From Eledone cirrhosa (lineage: Eukaryota), in the NCBI GenBank assembly GCA_964016885.1, contig OZ024746.1:85746001-85810000 (forward strand): a DNA stretch of 64,000 nucleotides, read 5' to 3'. A program made the position numbers and the translations under genes. The notes below the pieces were generated by a model, which saw nothing but the letters and a program-made list of their open reading frames with translations, was not told the DNA's origin and did no database searches. Shown here in pieces: positions 40,796-54,104 of the stretch (the stretch's first letter is position 1; each line of letters starts with the position of its first letter).

Positions 40796-42905
40796 TTTGC
40801 AACTATGTCAATTTGGGCTAGATCTCATTGCATTACACCTGAGGTAAGTGTCTCTATATCATACAAGTGAAAGGTATTCAAGCTATCATTATCTTGTTTC
40901 TTTGAGGGGTAATGTGCTTGGAACTGCTAAAATGATGAAATTATTCTTGTCATAAGTAATATTGGGAACAATCATTGACAGCAATTCCTGGTTGTATTGT
41001 TAGTTTTGTATTTAATTGGTGAGACCTGGTAGGGTCTAACATGTGAATTGAACAGAATATTGTAAAACTTTCATTTCTATGAACAAAAGTCGGAGTCTCT
41101 TTCTAACAGACGGGAGATTGGACCAAGGAAACACTATTATAGCTACTGATACTATCTGCCAATCACAACTGTTGGCAGAATCCTCACCACTTTTCTGGTG
41201 ACAGGAAGTGAGGTTTGAATTCAGAAAGTACTGTCAGAGCAGACACTGCAAAACATCCTGTCTGACTCTTTAGCAATTCTGCCAATCCATTGCCCTGGAC
41301 TGGTACTTGATTTATCGACACTCAAATGGATAAAAAACAAAGTTGGTTTCAGAGCACAGAAAGCTAGAACAAATACTGAGGCATTTAATCCAATGCTTTG
41401 TTTTTGTCAATTCACTGACAAAGTTTGTGTAAGTCAAATAACTAGAACAGTTTAGCTGAGAGCTGCAACTTCAGTGTAATATTTTGTCTACAATCCATAT
41501 CTTGATAGCTGTAAAACTGGTTGTTAGACCAAACTATTTATCCTTATATGTAAAAGAGATAATTGTATTGATGCATTGTATTATTCAATGTGTCCCTCTT
41601 TTTTTTTTTTTTTATAGAATGGTAGGGTGGGATTTTAAGAATATTTGGCTGCTGTTTCTAGCAGATTTAATGTCTATGTAGAATTTTTATTGTGTGTGTA
41701 AGGAAACCAGCTGCCATTGTCCTTCCTCCACCTCACCTGTATAGTCATCAATGGAAATACAATACATGTAAACCATCTCCGTACTGTCACTAATACCCCT
41801 GCTATGATCAATACCAATGCTGCAATCCTCAGTTCACTTGCTTTCTCTCTTTCTCTCTCCCTCCTGCCATAACTATGTCTACAAGCCGTACCATAAATAC
41901 CAATGCTACTGTTCTTTCTTTCTCTTTCTGGTTATTTTTCTCTCTTCTCTCTTCTCTCTCTCTATCTCTCTCTCTCTTGTGGTGGAACTTTGATTATTGC
42001 CATTCCACCTTCAGAATAACGGCCTATCCCATGAAACTAAAACCAACAAAGGAGCTTCTATGCATTTGATTAATCTGTTACAAATAGTAGTTAAATTTCC
42101 CTAACCAAAACTTTACATTTTAACCAATATGCATATCTTTGGCTACCATTTTAAAAAAGATGGACAAAGGCCCTAAGTGGAATATATTTGTAAGTTTGTT
42201 CAAAGTTGACTTGCAGTTAAACGACAAACTTTAATAATTGAGCCTCAATGTCGTTATCTGATCTGCTAGATATAGGTACCAAGTTACTCTCAGACCACAA
42301 CTTACCACCTTTGAAAAAGGATGGACATATTGAATAAAATAGTCAGTCACATTGTCTGAAACTAAACTGGGATGGTTATGGTCAAATTAACTCCTACACT
42401 TATAGCCATGGTGTTATGTAACTCATCCCTGAATAAAGTACATCACTCAGTTTACAAAAGTTTGACAGAAGAAATGAAAGGTCCCACCACCCCCAGATTC
42501 ACAGTTGATTGGTCAATAGTTACAATGTAACCTCTACATATCCTAGTTGTTGAACCCACATATAATTTGATCTAGTACCAACACTACACTTCATAGTTAA
42601 ATATCATGGTGATACTCGTATTTCATTTGACAAAATACCAACATGGAATACATAGCAGTATGAATGTGTGTGAAAGGGTATGTATTCATACATGGCCACA
42701 CATTTTTAGGAACTACATTCTCCCCTACTTTTCTGGGAATCTAATCTGGGTATATTCTCCTTCCATTTCTGGGAATTCATACACTACAAACAAATCTATC
42801 AGCCTACTTTAAACTCTTCCACCTCATACCACCAGACTGTAAGCCCTCTTAGCAGCATTGTGGTGAAATGTGAGACATAGTGAAAGCATTCAGACTGGAA
42901 GAACA

Positions 42906-43720
42906 ATCATCATCATCATCATCATCATCGTTTAACGTCCATGTTCCACGCTTGCATGGGTTTGGACGGGAGTTTTCCCACTTGGGGCAAGAGTGGTGGT
43001 CTTGCTCGCATAGGACTGTCTGGCGTGTTTTCTACAGCTGGATGCCCTTCCTAACACCAACCACATTTACAGTGTGAGGCTGGGAGGTTTTTACCGTGTT
43101 GCCTACACGGCCACATTACAGCGTGGACTGTGTGTTTTTTGTCGTGACACCTACACGATCTCATTTGTTTCGGCCTGGATGTTGTGGCACCAACATAACT
43201 TTACATAGAAAGGGGCGGTGGGGGTGGTGGGACGGGGGTGTATTTTGTTAGAGATGCCTACTGACTGTAGTAGGTTTTACTTTGTATTTAGGTAAGGCAG
43301 GTCTTCTCTATTACTGAGTACCGCCAAAGGTCTGGGTCCAGTGACATTGTCTTGGAGAGGTGTAAGTGTGTGAGGTCAGAATTTATCAGCTCGTCCCAGG
43401 TTTTTCTGGGTCTGCCTACTCCGTGGCTACCATCTATCTTTATTGCCCTGCACTTTGTTATACAGCTGTCGTCTTTCATGCGCATCACATGACCATACCA
43501 ACGTAGCCTTCTCTCGAGTAAACAACATCTGATCCCTCTTATTTCTAATTTTTTCCTTCGTTTATGCTTTGCCATTCACGTATATTACTATTACACATCC
43601 AGCAGAGCATGCAAGCTTTGTTCCTCTCTAGTCTGCGTATATCCTCTGCACACAATGCCCAGGTCTCACTGCCATGCAACATTGCTGTTCGTATGCAGGC
43701 ATGCTGTTCGTATGCAGGCA
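42906..43720 (-). mobile_element. 5'-truncated RTE 3' end, antisense in CLTC intron 2
   Basis: ACIRTAMLHGSETWAL, then ORF 43288-43575 (ERRLRWYGHVMRM...GRPRKTW), UTR units, and a tail seen as (TCA)n on + at 42907-42930. Confidence 0.9.
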
Positions 43721-44079
43721 ATAACTCTGAATAACGAATAACAATAACTCTGAATTAAACTAACATAGTGTTAGAGGGGACTTTTACAACTTTTCTAGTG
43801 TTGGTGGCACAATAAAATAATCCACTTGCTATTGTAAAGTGGCTGGTGATATTAAGGTTATTCAGCCAACAAGCTACATTGAAAATCCCAAATTACATAT
43901 ACTTGAGTAATACTTAATTAAGTTAGTACTGCGTACATTAGTGGAGTGGACATATAGGAACATCTGATTATGAGTATGATCTCCTTGATCATCATTAATT
44001 GATCGCACCAACTCTCTTCCTTTCCAATATAGGAAAGAAAGCAAACAACTAACCCACCATCAGAAACTCTCCTTTTAGT

Positions 44080-45690
44080 GTTAGGTACAAAACTTTAGAG
44101 CTGTTACCATCAATTTTGGCACAATGAAAAGTGGCTCTGGAGAGGATTGTAGGTATTCTGAAGAAGAGGGGAGTTGTTGCTATATACAAAAGGTTAGCCT
44201 CAAATAAATTTATGAGCAAGGAATGCTGGTACAAAGTCATCTGAATGTGTACAAGTGTTGGGGTGGGTAGAGTGGGCATACTGTTGGCAGAGAAATAAAG
44301 TAATTGCGGTTGTTAGAGTATATGACATAATAATTCTGCTAAGACTAATCAGTCAAAATGACAATAGTTCTCTCTGTGTATGCACTCCAATCAATACCGA
44401 CAGGTACACAAAAAAGCTGTTTTTATGGGGATCCCTTGCAGATTACTATGATAGTGCAACATTTTCCTCATAATGGTTGCTTGTTTTAATTGATATGTTG
44501 GGCAATATCAGATTCGCGGCTATGGATATATGAAAATTGAGGAGGGATCAATGTTTGTAGGGTGCAAATAATCTATTCAGTTGTAACACTAGCTTCAGGA
44601 AAGCAGTCAGTCACCCAATAATTATTCCATGTTTGTCTGATTGGTAGATTATAATCTACCAATCAGACAAATATGGAAGACAGACTTTATACTCACCAAG
44701 AAACAGGATAGGCAAATAGTTATGAAAACTAAATACATTAGTAATAGGTGACACAAAACAATCTGCCAAAAGAAAGTATGAAAACTGGAAGCTCCCTTGG
44801 TTTGACAAAGGTTCAAAGAAATGCTAGTTGATGGTGTCAGACCTTTAACATAGAAGAGAAATGGGAGTTTATACAAGCCAACCTGCTGCAAGCACAGGCT
44901 AGATCTGTGCATGGAGCAATTTCCAAGCCATACAGAAGGTGAAATGGTACAGATTAAATAAAACCAGTGAAATGGTACAGATTAAATAAAACCATAAAAA
45001 GGCTAAGACCAGCCAGGAAATATTGTAAGAAATAATTGTTTCTACGTTAGGCACAAGGCCAGCAATTACCCAGTGCATTACTGGTACTTTATTTTATCGA
45101 CCCCGTAAGGATGAAAGGCAAAGTTAACCTTGGCGGGATTTGAACTCGGAATGGCAAGGGCTGTAACTCTATACGTCAAAGCATGGCATCCGACCCTCTA
45201 CCAATACTGCCAATCCACCAGAAATAATATCAGCTAAACAGAAGAGATAGATATTAAATATATATAGCAAAGAGAGCAGCTGAGAAAAAAATTTACCAAT
45301 GTTCTGCAATGAGAGGATCATTGTTCCAAATTGCAAATATGAATGCAATTCAAGATATGGAAAAGTGCATATGAAATGGGAATGGCATATTTTCTGTCAA
45401 TAAGAAGTTCCTGAATAAGGAGTGTGTGAGGGAGGTGGGTTGTCTATCCTAAGTTGACACGATGGAAGGACTGGCACAGCTGGACCATCAGGGATAGTCG
45501 GATGCTGAGAGGATGAAAGTATCTGGTGGAGTTGGTCATGTGTTAGTCAATTGCATAGTCTATTATCATACCCAATGATTGATGTAGTTCTCTAATCATC
45601 AACTATTAAAAGGTCAAAGGAAATGCTCTAGAAAGAAGCAACTGCAGACGCATCAAATTGATGAAGCGGGTTATGAAAATAAGGATTTAT
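44080..45690 (+). mobile_element. Highly degraded RTE 5' part (APE endonuclease to RT start), interrupted by a SINE
   Basis: GTMK, VGILLAEK, VIAVVRV, IVLSVYA and RGYGY remnants; KGNALERSNCRRIKL near 45615-45660. Confidence 0.7.
45031..45220 (-). mobile_element. Family A SINE, young antisense copy inside the degraded RTE
   Basis: Near-exact reverse complement of 23910-24028, and close to 27657-27878. Confidence 0.87.
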
Positions 45691-48600
45691 GATGACACAA
45701 CTGTACTATGACTCTTATAATTAACTATCAAAGAAGTCAAAAAAGAAAAAAATGTCACCTATAAATATTCTGTTCTGTGATAATTTCTAGTTTACTGAAA
45801 TATTCTATATTTACTGCGTTAATGTGAACATTTTTTTGGGCTGTTTACATATTGGCTTTTTAGTTAGTATTTTAACTAATCACATGACAATAAATTATAA
45901 AATGAAATACACTTTAAGAGTTAATTGGTTGAAGAGGCAATCCAAGAGAAATGTTTTCGGAAATATATAGATAACTTGGATTAAATATAGATTATTTTGT
46001 TATTCTGTTCTAATATTGAAGTGAAAAAAAATATTAATCCTTTAATCCAAGCTCAGAAAATCAGTGCAAAAATGGGTTAAGGTTGAACTACACACAAAAC
46101 AAAATAGAAATTGATTGTTTGACATCAGTAATTTCCGCTACCACCCCCAATGTCCCCCAATGTAAATATATATATTAAAACACTTATTCTGGTATGTCAT
46201 GTAGTGTAATTAAGAGAAAGCGAAACATAATTATAATGGGATGTAATAATTTCATTACCTTGTTTTTTTTTCTGTCTGTTTTCAAACTTTGGAGTTATCT
46301 ATTTGTTTTGTAAGCAAAATGACTTTATTTTAAATATTAGAAAAAGGAAAATGTAAGTAACTTAATATTGTTGTTAATTCTAAATTAGTTCTTAAATTAT
46401 CATTTCATTTGAATATCTATTTCTCTCCTTGTATTAAGGATTGTCAGAATTGTTAGTGTTGAACGAAATGCTTTGTGGTATTTGTTTGGGCTTTTTAATT
46501 TCAAATCCTGCCAAAGTCAATTTTGCCTTTCATCCAAGTCAATAAAATAAAGTGCCGGTCAAATATGGGTCTCAACTAAAATCAATTAACCTTTCTTCCC
46601 AAATTTCTGTCCTTGTGTCTATCTTAGAAACAATTAATTACACTATTTTCACTATTTGTGGGATGATTAACAGTTTGATTCAGTTGCTCAATATAGCAGC
46701 CACTGTCTTGTGTATGATCATAAATTTAAAAAAAAAACTAGATTTACAATAAAACTGGATAGCTTCAGCAAGAATACAGCACAAATGCTTCTTTGGTTTT
46801 ACTAAATTTGCCATTGGTTCACCCATTCTCAGTTTCTCCACTAACTCACCACCTACCACCACAACCATTTAGATGACTTCGTTCAGTGAAATCATCTGAT
46901 CCGTGTGCAAAACATATTTATATAGATATGTTTTTTAAATCTTTGAAAATAGCAATTTAAAATTCATTTAGTGCACATATCTTTTGAATTATGTAGGGAT
47001 TTTCACATATATTTATCACGGAAAGTGTTAAGTAATTTATGTAATTATTAATTATGCATATTTCCATTTTTAATTTTATTATAATAGACTAATTCATTAT
47101 CTATGATTTTTATATGAAGAGAAATGAAGTTTTAGTCATTTAATTTGTAATGGCTGACTTTGGTGACTTAGGTATCCACATATTTACAACTGAATGCTCA
47201 CCTGAATATAGTAAAGTGAAAACATTTAAATTTCATTATGGATTAGTTAGATTCTATTTTTTGTGTTGGTAATATTGATGTAATTTGTAAAAATGGAATT
47301 TCAGATTTAAGTAATGGATTATTCAGTTTTCTGCAATACATATTTGCTATTCAAATCCCAGTAATAATTCCCAAGTATTCTCTAGCAGCGTATGGTAATT
47401 ATCTATTTGTTTTGTAAACAAAATGAATTTATCTTAGATGTTATAAAAAGGAAAACGCAAGCAAATTAATATTGCTGTTAATCCTAAATAAGTTGATCTT
47501 ATCAGTTTTTGATTTATTTCATTTGAATATCTATTTTTCTTATGGTATTAAACATTGGCAGAATGGTTAATGTGGTTGGTAGGGTATTACTTAGATTGAT
47601 TTGACTTAGAAATTGGCAGGCCCAGCAGAAACTTTGCCTGTATTGGATTGTGCTAGTAATCTGTTTGAAAAGACTTGTAGGTGTATTTAAATGCTTATCT
47701 GGCTGACATTTTCAATGTCTATTTTTAATCACTTTAGAACCATGGGAGATTGAATAATTATTAACTTAATTTGGAAATTTTAAAAATCAGAATTTTAACT
47801 CCCTGCATAAATTGTCAATTCATTATCATTTAAAGTTTTCCTGCTAACAAGGGTTGACCCAAATTAGTACTTAATCTGAACTACTGATCTCTCAGATGGG
47901 CTTGGCCTGCTTCTTGCTTACATGCATTCCTACACTCAGTGCACTGGGAGCATTTTATTGAGACACCAGCACTAGAGGTTGTCAGGTCTTTAGCATAACT
48001 GGAGAGTCCTCTCTACTCTTTGTTCAGTAAGTTTTCTACAGCTGGATATCTTTCTTATCACCAACCACCTTAGTGTGTACTAGGTACATTTTATTGTGGC
48101 ACCCAACACTAGGGAGACTGTCAGTTATTGACTTGACTGAAGTGTCCTTTTTATCCTACAAGGTGGGTAGGATGGTGTAGAGGTAGAAAGGATAAGTGAT
48201 TTCTCCATATGGGTGTATGGCAGGTGTAATGGGTGTTGAAATCATATATTGTCACTTTATTGTTCTTCCTATTGTGACATATGCACTAGTATGTGTACCA
48301 ACTTTTAAAACTAATTTGTTACATTAGTGATTTGCACTTTTGAATAAGTTTGTATGCCATGAAAAGGCATTCTGTTTTGAGTAGGGCCTTTGTTACACGT
48401 GAACTTTTTCAAATTTAATTACCAAATATAGAACCTTCACTAGAGCCCTCAGATTCTAGTTTTCTGCTTTTAAAGTATTGTTGAATATACTAAGAATGTT
48501 GTCTTAAATAATTATCTATTGAACAATCTCATATTATTCTTGCTTTGTATATTGAAGCTGAAACTGTTTCAATTGAAATGTATAAAACTAAGAATATTAT

Positions 48601-49019
48601 AAAGAATATCTATCCCCCAAAGTACAATTGTTATAAAAACAAAAAATTCCAAATGGCAAACCCCTTGTCTTATTTTATGTCTTTTTTACTTGTCTGCAAT
48701 GCAGTTGCAACAGAGTCCCCCCTGAGATGGTGTAAGCAGTGAGGTGGACACTTGAAAATGTGGATTGGCACAATTTATATGGATCTTGAGCTAATATTTA
48801 GCCTTGCATATTTGGTGTCTCCATTGGAATCATGGTGGTCTATCAATAATTGCATTGGACATCCATGCATGGGTGGCTTCTGTTTGTGATGTTGTGGATG
48901 CACTGGTTAAAGTTTGCTCAAACTATCCTAGCTGAATGCCAACACATGTACAAGTAATTTGAATTAAGAAGTCACCTAACAAGTATTAGGAAGTCACCAA
49001 ATATTAATGCTACCGTCTA

Positions 49020-49293
49020 AAATCTGTCTAGATCCTGGAGGCTCATTAGGTCTGTGCTTACCTCAGTTTCTGTGGCATGAAGTAGATGTACAAGGCTCCA
49101 CTCTGGACAAGCTGCCAGTCCATTGCAGGATTAAACCCCCCAACTATTGCTGGTACTCATTTTTAGCCGAGTATACTGGAACAATATGGGATGAAGTGTT
49201 TTGCTCAAGAACACATCACACAACCCACATCACACAACCCACGCTATTATGATCATAAGTCCAATGTCTTTACCATTAAGCCATGCGCCTCCA
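49020..49293 (-). mobile_element. tRNA-derived SINE (family C) ending 40 bp upstream of the exon 3 acceptor
   Basis: Minus strand: TGGAGGCGCATGGCTTAATGGTAAAG head, GTGTTCTTGAGCAAAACACTT...AAAATGAGTACCAG core, and a V-domain-like CCTGCAATGGACTGGC. Confidence 0.7.
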
Positions 49294-49332
49294 ACAAAGT
49301 TATTGTACTCACTGTTTTCTTTCTATTTTCAG

Positions 49333-49482
49333 CTGGCAAAACTTTACAGATTTTCAATATTGAAATGAAAAGCAAAATGAAGGCACATACTATGACTGAA
49401 GACGTTACCTTCTGGAAATGGATTTCAGTCAACACAGTTGCACTGGTTACAGATACAGCTGTATACCACTGGGGTATGGAAG
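49333..49482 (+). CDS. CLTC: Clathrin heavy chain, coding exon 3 (150 nt; (A)[49 protein letters not shown](G))
   Basis: Branch-like TACTCAC at 49306-49312, TTTTCAG acceptor ending at 49332, G+CT completes the Ala codon, donor AAG|GTAAGT at 49483. The gene continues beyond the window. Confidence 0.98.
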
Positions 49483-50231
49483 GTAAGTCATGAACTTAGC
49501 TTTACTAGTGATTCTTTAGTCACCTTTTGTAGATTTAAATATATTATTTGAAGATTACATGGAAGCATCACTTGGGCTTCAGTTTGAATAGGAATGATTA
49601 AAAGAAAAATTTAATATTGTATCAAATTGACTAAGGTAATAGCAAACTTAACTTTCATTTTTCAAGATGGGGTTGCAAATATGAACTTAAATACATTGAA
49701 TTATATATATTTAAACATTAAGTGGATTTATAATTCTCAAGCTTACGAGAACAAGTTCTACTGAAACTCTTTTGTTTATTTTAGTTTTTTTTAAAATTAC
49801 TTTTGGATCATTAGCTATAAATAAAGCTGTGGTATCAGGTGTTGCTTTCTTTTAGTTTTATTCAGGATAAAAATTGTGACTGTTAAATGTTTAAGACTAC
49901 ACTTTGATGCTTTCTGAAGTTTCTCTGTTAACTGCAAATATGCTTTAATATCTAGAACCACCAACAGCTAAAAACCAATACATTTATTATAATGGTTGAA
50001 CATGTATATATATATATATGTATGTATATAGTGCTCCACAGTGTCTGTCTAACAAATTCCTCTTGCAAAATTGATCAACATGATATATATATTCTTCTAC
50101 TAGTGTCATTCAATGGACGGAACTTGACATTGGTAAACATAAAAACACACTAGTACATTGTGTATGTATATATACATACATGTGTGTGTGTGTGTATGTA
50201 TGTATGATTATGTATGTATGTATGTATATGT

Positions 50232-52217
50232 ATTACCTATAGATCATGGGAACACACCAGCCAGATAGATTATATCTTTACTAGAAGACGGGACAAAATG
50301 TCTGTTGTAAACACTAAATCCCTCCCCCGTGAAGAATGCATCTCCCAACATAGCCTAGTAGTTAATGACCTCATAGTCAGGAATAGACGTACTCGGTGAC
50401 AAAGAAGAATATGGAAGTTGAAGGACCCCATAGCCAGTGACAAATTTAAAAGCTTATTACTTGATGCCTTTGACAATAAGGAAGAGCAATTAGAGACGTG
50501 CAATATAGAGGAACAGTGGCAATTCTTGAAAGTGAACCTGCTGAAAGCAACGGATGAAATCTGTGGCTGGAGCAGACCTATTGGCAGGAGGAGAGTAACT
50601 TGGTGGTGGAAGAGACAATCAAGGCCAAAAAGCAGGCTTGGAAAGTATGGCAGGATGGGAGAAGTAGAGAGCACTATCAAGTGGCCAGGAGAGAAGCTAG
50701 GAGACAAGTGTACCTTGCAAAAAGGGTAGCAGAGGATAGAAAGTTCAAGCATGTTCTGCAACGTGAGGACCAAAAACGTGAGGTGTTCAGGATTGCTAGA
50801 CAATGTGTCAAGTAAAACCGTGATATTGTCGGGGAGAAGTGTGTCCGTAATGATAATGGTGTACTTGCGCTCACTGATACTGATAAGATAGCCTGGAAGT
50901 GTCACTACGAGAGACTATTAAATGAGGAGAATAAATGGGGAAAAAGATAGTCTGCCCCAAATCGATCCAATAGAAGGACCAGCGGTGCAAGTTAAAGGTA
51001 GTATAATAAGTAAGGCAATCAAAGATATGAAGACAGGCAAGGCAGCTGGGCCTTCGGAGATAGTTGCTGAGATGTTGAAGGCATCTGGTATGGTGGGACA
51101 CACTATGGTCACCCGTTTAGTTAACCAAGTAATACAGAATGGGGTCATACCGAAAGACTGGCGTAGCAGCAGCATCATTAACTGCTACAAGGGTAAAGGG
51201 GATGCTCTAGATAGGGGAAACTATAGAGGCATTAAGTTAGTTGACCAGGTCATGAAGGTCACAAAGAGTTATAGCGCAACTAATCAGAGAGCGAATTGAT
51301 CTAGATGAAATGCAGTTTGGGTTTGTCAGGTAAAAGTACCACAGACGCTCTTTTCCTTGTACGACAACTACAAGAGAAGTACCTAGCTAAAAGTAGACCC
51401 CTCTACTTAGATTTTGTAGACCTGGAGAAAGCTTTTGACAGAGTCCCCCGCTCCATTATCTGGTGGGCTCTTAGAAAACTAGGTGTAGATGAATGGCTTG
51501 TGAGAACTATACAAGCAATGTATAATGAAACAGTCACTAAGGTTAGAATTAACAATGAATATTGTGAAGAATTTAGTGTAAAAGTTGGCATTCATCGAGG
51601 CTCTGTCCTTAGCCCCCTCTTATTTATTATTGCCCTTCAGGCTATAACAGAGGAGTTCAAGACCAGCTGCCCATGGGAACTCCTATACGCAGGTGATCTA
51701 ACGCTCATAGCTGAATCAATGGCTGAACTAGAGAAGAAATTCCAAACATGGAAGCATGGCCTAGAATCAAAAGGCCTTAAAGTTAACTTGTCTAAGACTA
51801 AAGTTCTAGTTTGTAGAAAGGAAAATAGGGCACAGGTGCCCTCAGGGAAATGGCCATGCTCAGTGTGTAGGAAAGGAGTAGGCAGAAATTCCATTTTATG
51901 TCCCAAATGCAAAGTATGGGTACATAAAAGATGTAGTGGGATCACAGGTAAACTATCTAAGAACGTAGACTTTATATGTGGCTGATGATCAGGTGCAATA
52001 AGTAGCAAGTGTCCACACGATACTGGCTTCTTCTATTGTCCAGATGGTTCCATAGAAATAGTAGACACTTTCCGTTACCTGGGTGACGAAATCAGCAGTG
52101 GTGGAGGGTGTTCTGAAAGTACAGTAGCCAGTCAGAACAGGATGGAAAAAGTTCAGAGAGCTTATACCGCTGTTGGCCACAAAAGGTTTCTCTCTAAAAA
52201 TGAAAGGCAGAATATAT
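50232..52217 (+). mobile_element. RTE-clade LINE ORF fragment (end of APE endonuclease plus RT), inactivated
   Basis: SQIDYIF, GKAAGPS, YKGKGDALDRGNYRGIKL, DLEKAFDRVPR, GSVLSPLLF, YAGD in place of YADD (51686-51697), and YLG. Contains stops and frameshifts. Both ends abut TA/TATG microsatellite. Confidence 0.93.
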
Positions 52218-52283
52218 TTATATATATGTATGTATGTATGTATATATATGTATATGTATATATATATGTATGTATGTATGGAG

Positions 52284-52315
<32 letters not shown>

Positions 52316-52464
52316 GTATGTATGTAGATATATGTATGTAGATATATGTATGTAGATATATGAATGTATGTATATGAATGTATGTATATGTATGTATATG
52401 TATATATGTATGTATATGTATATATGTATGTATATGTATATATGTATGTATATATATATGTATG

Positions 52465-52498
<34 letters not shown>

Positions 52499-52800
52499 TG
52501 TATGTATGTATGTATGTATATATGTATGTATATATATATGTATGTATATATATATGTATGTATATATATATGTATGTATATATATATGTATGTATATATA
52601 TATGTATGTATATATATATGTATGTATATATATATGTATGTATATATATATGTATGTATATATATATGTATGTATATATATATGTATGTATATATATATG
52701 TATGTATATATATATGTATGTATATATATATGTATGTATATATATATGTATGTATATATATATGTATGTATATATATATGTATGTATATATATATGTATG

Positions 52801-52847
<47 letters not shown>

Positions 52848-52978
52848 GTATATGTATGTATGTATATATGTATGTATGTATGTATGTATATATGTATGTA
52901 TGTATGTATATATGTATGTATGTATGTATATATGTATGTATGTATATATGTATGTATGTATGTATATATGTATGTATG

Positions 52979-53012
<34 letters not shown>

Positions 53013-53196
53013 TGTATATATATATATATGTATGTATATATATATGTATATATATATATATATGTATGTATATATATATGTATGTATGTATATATATATA
53101 TATGTATGTATATATATATGTATGTATGTATATATATATATGTATGTATGTATATATATATATATATGTATGTATATATATATATATATATGTATG

Positions 53197-53227
<31 letters not shown>

Positions 53228-53272
53228 GTATGTATATATATATATATGTATGTATATATATATATATGTATG

Positions 53273-53303
<31 letters not shown>

Positions 53304-54037
53304 GTATGTATATATATATATATGTATGTATATATATATATATGTATGTATATATATATATATGTATGTATATATATATGTATGTATATATATATATATG
53401 TATGTATATATATATATATGTATGTATATATATATATGTATGTATATATATATATATATGTATGTATATATATATATATATGTATGTATATATATATATA
53501 TGTATGTATATATATATATATGTATGTATATATATATATATATGTATGTATATATATATATATATGTATGTATATATATATATAATGTATGTATATATAT
53601 ATATATGTATGTATATATATATATATGTATGTATATATATATATATATGTATGTATATATATATATATATGTATGTATATATATATATATATGTATGTAT
53701 ATATATATATATATGTATGTATATATATATATATGTATGTATATATATATATATGTATGTATGTATATATATATGTATGTATATATATATGTATGTATAT
53801 ATGTATATATATATATATATGTATGTATATATGTATATATATATATATATGTATGTATATATGTATATATATATATATATGTATGTATATATGTATATAT
53901 ATATATATATGTATGTATATATGTATATATATATATATATGTATGTATATATGTATATATATATATATATGTATGTATATATATATATATATATGTATGT
54001 ATATATGTATATATATATATATATGTATGTATATATG

Positions 54038-54104
<67 letters not shown>

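Noticed and set aside
40495-40870. Hydrophobic L/S/F extension of the exon 2 ORF and the antisense R/E/K ORF
   Set aside because: Read-through into the CT minisatellite; clathrin homology stops at the 40495 donor.
50922-51985. Active or domesticated reverse transcriptase
   Set aside because: Catalytic YADD is YAGD, there are frameshifts and stops, and both ends are missing.
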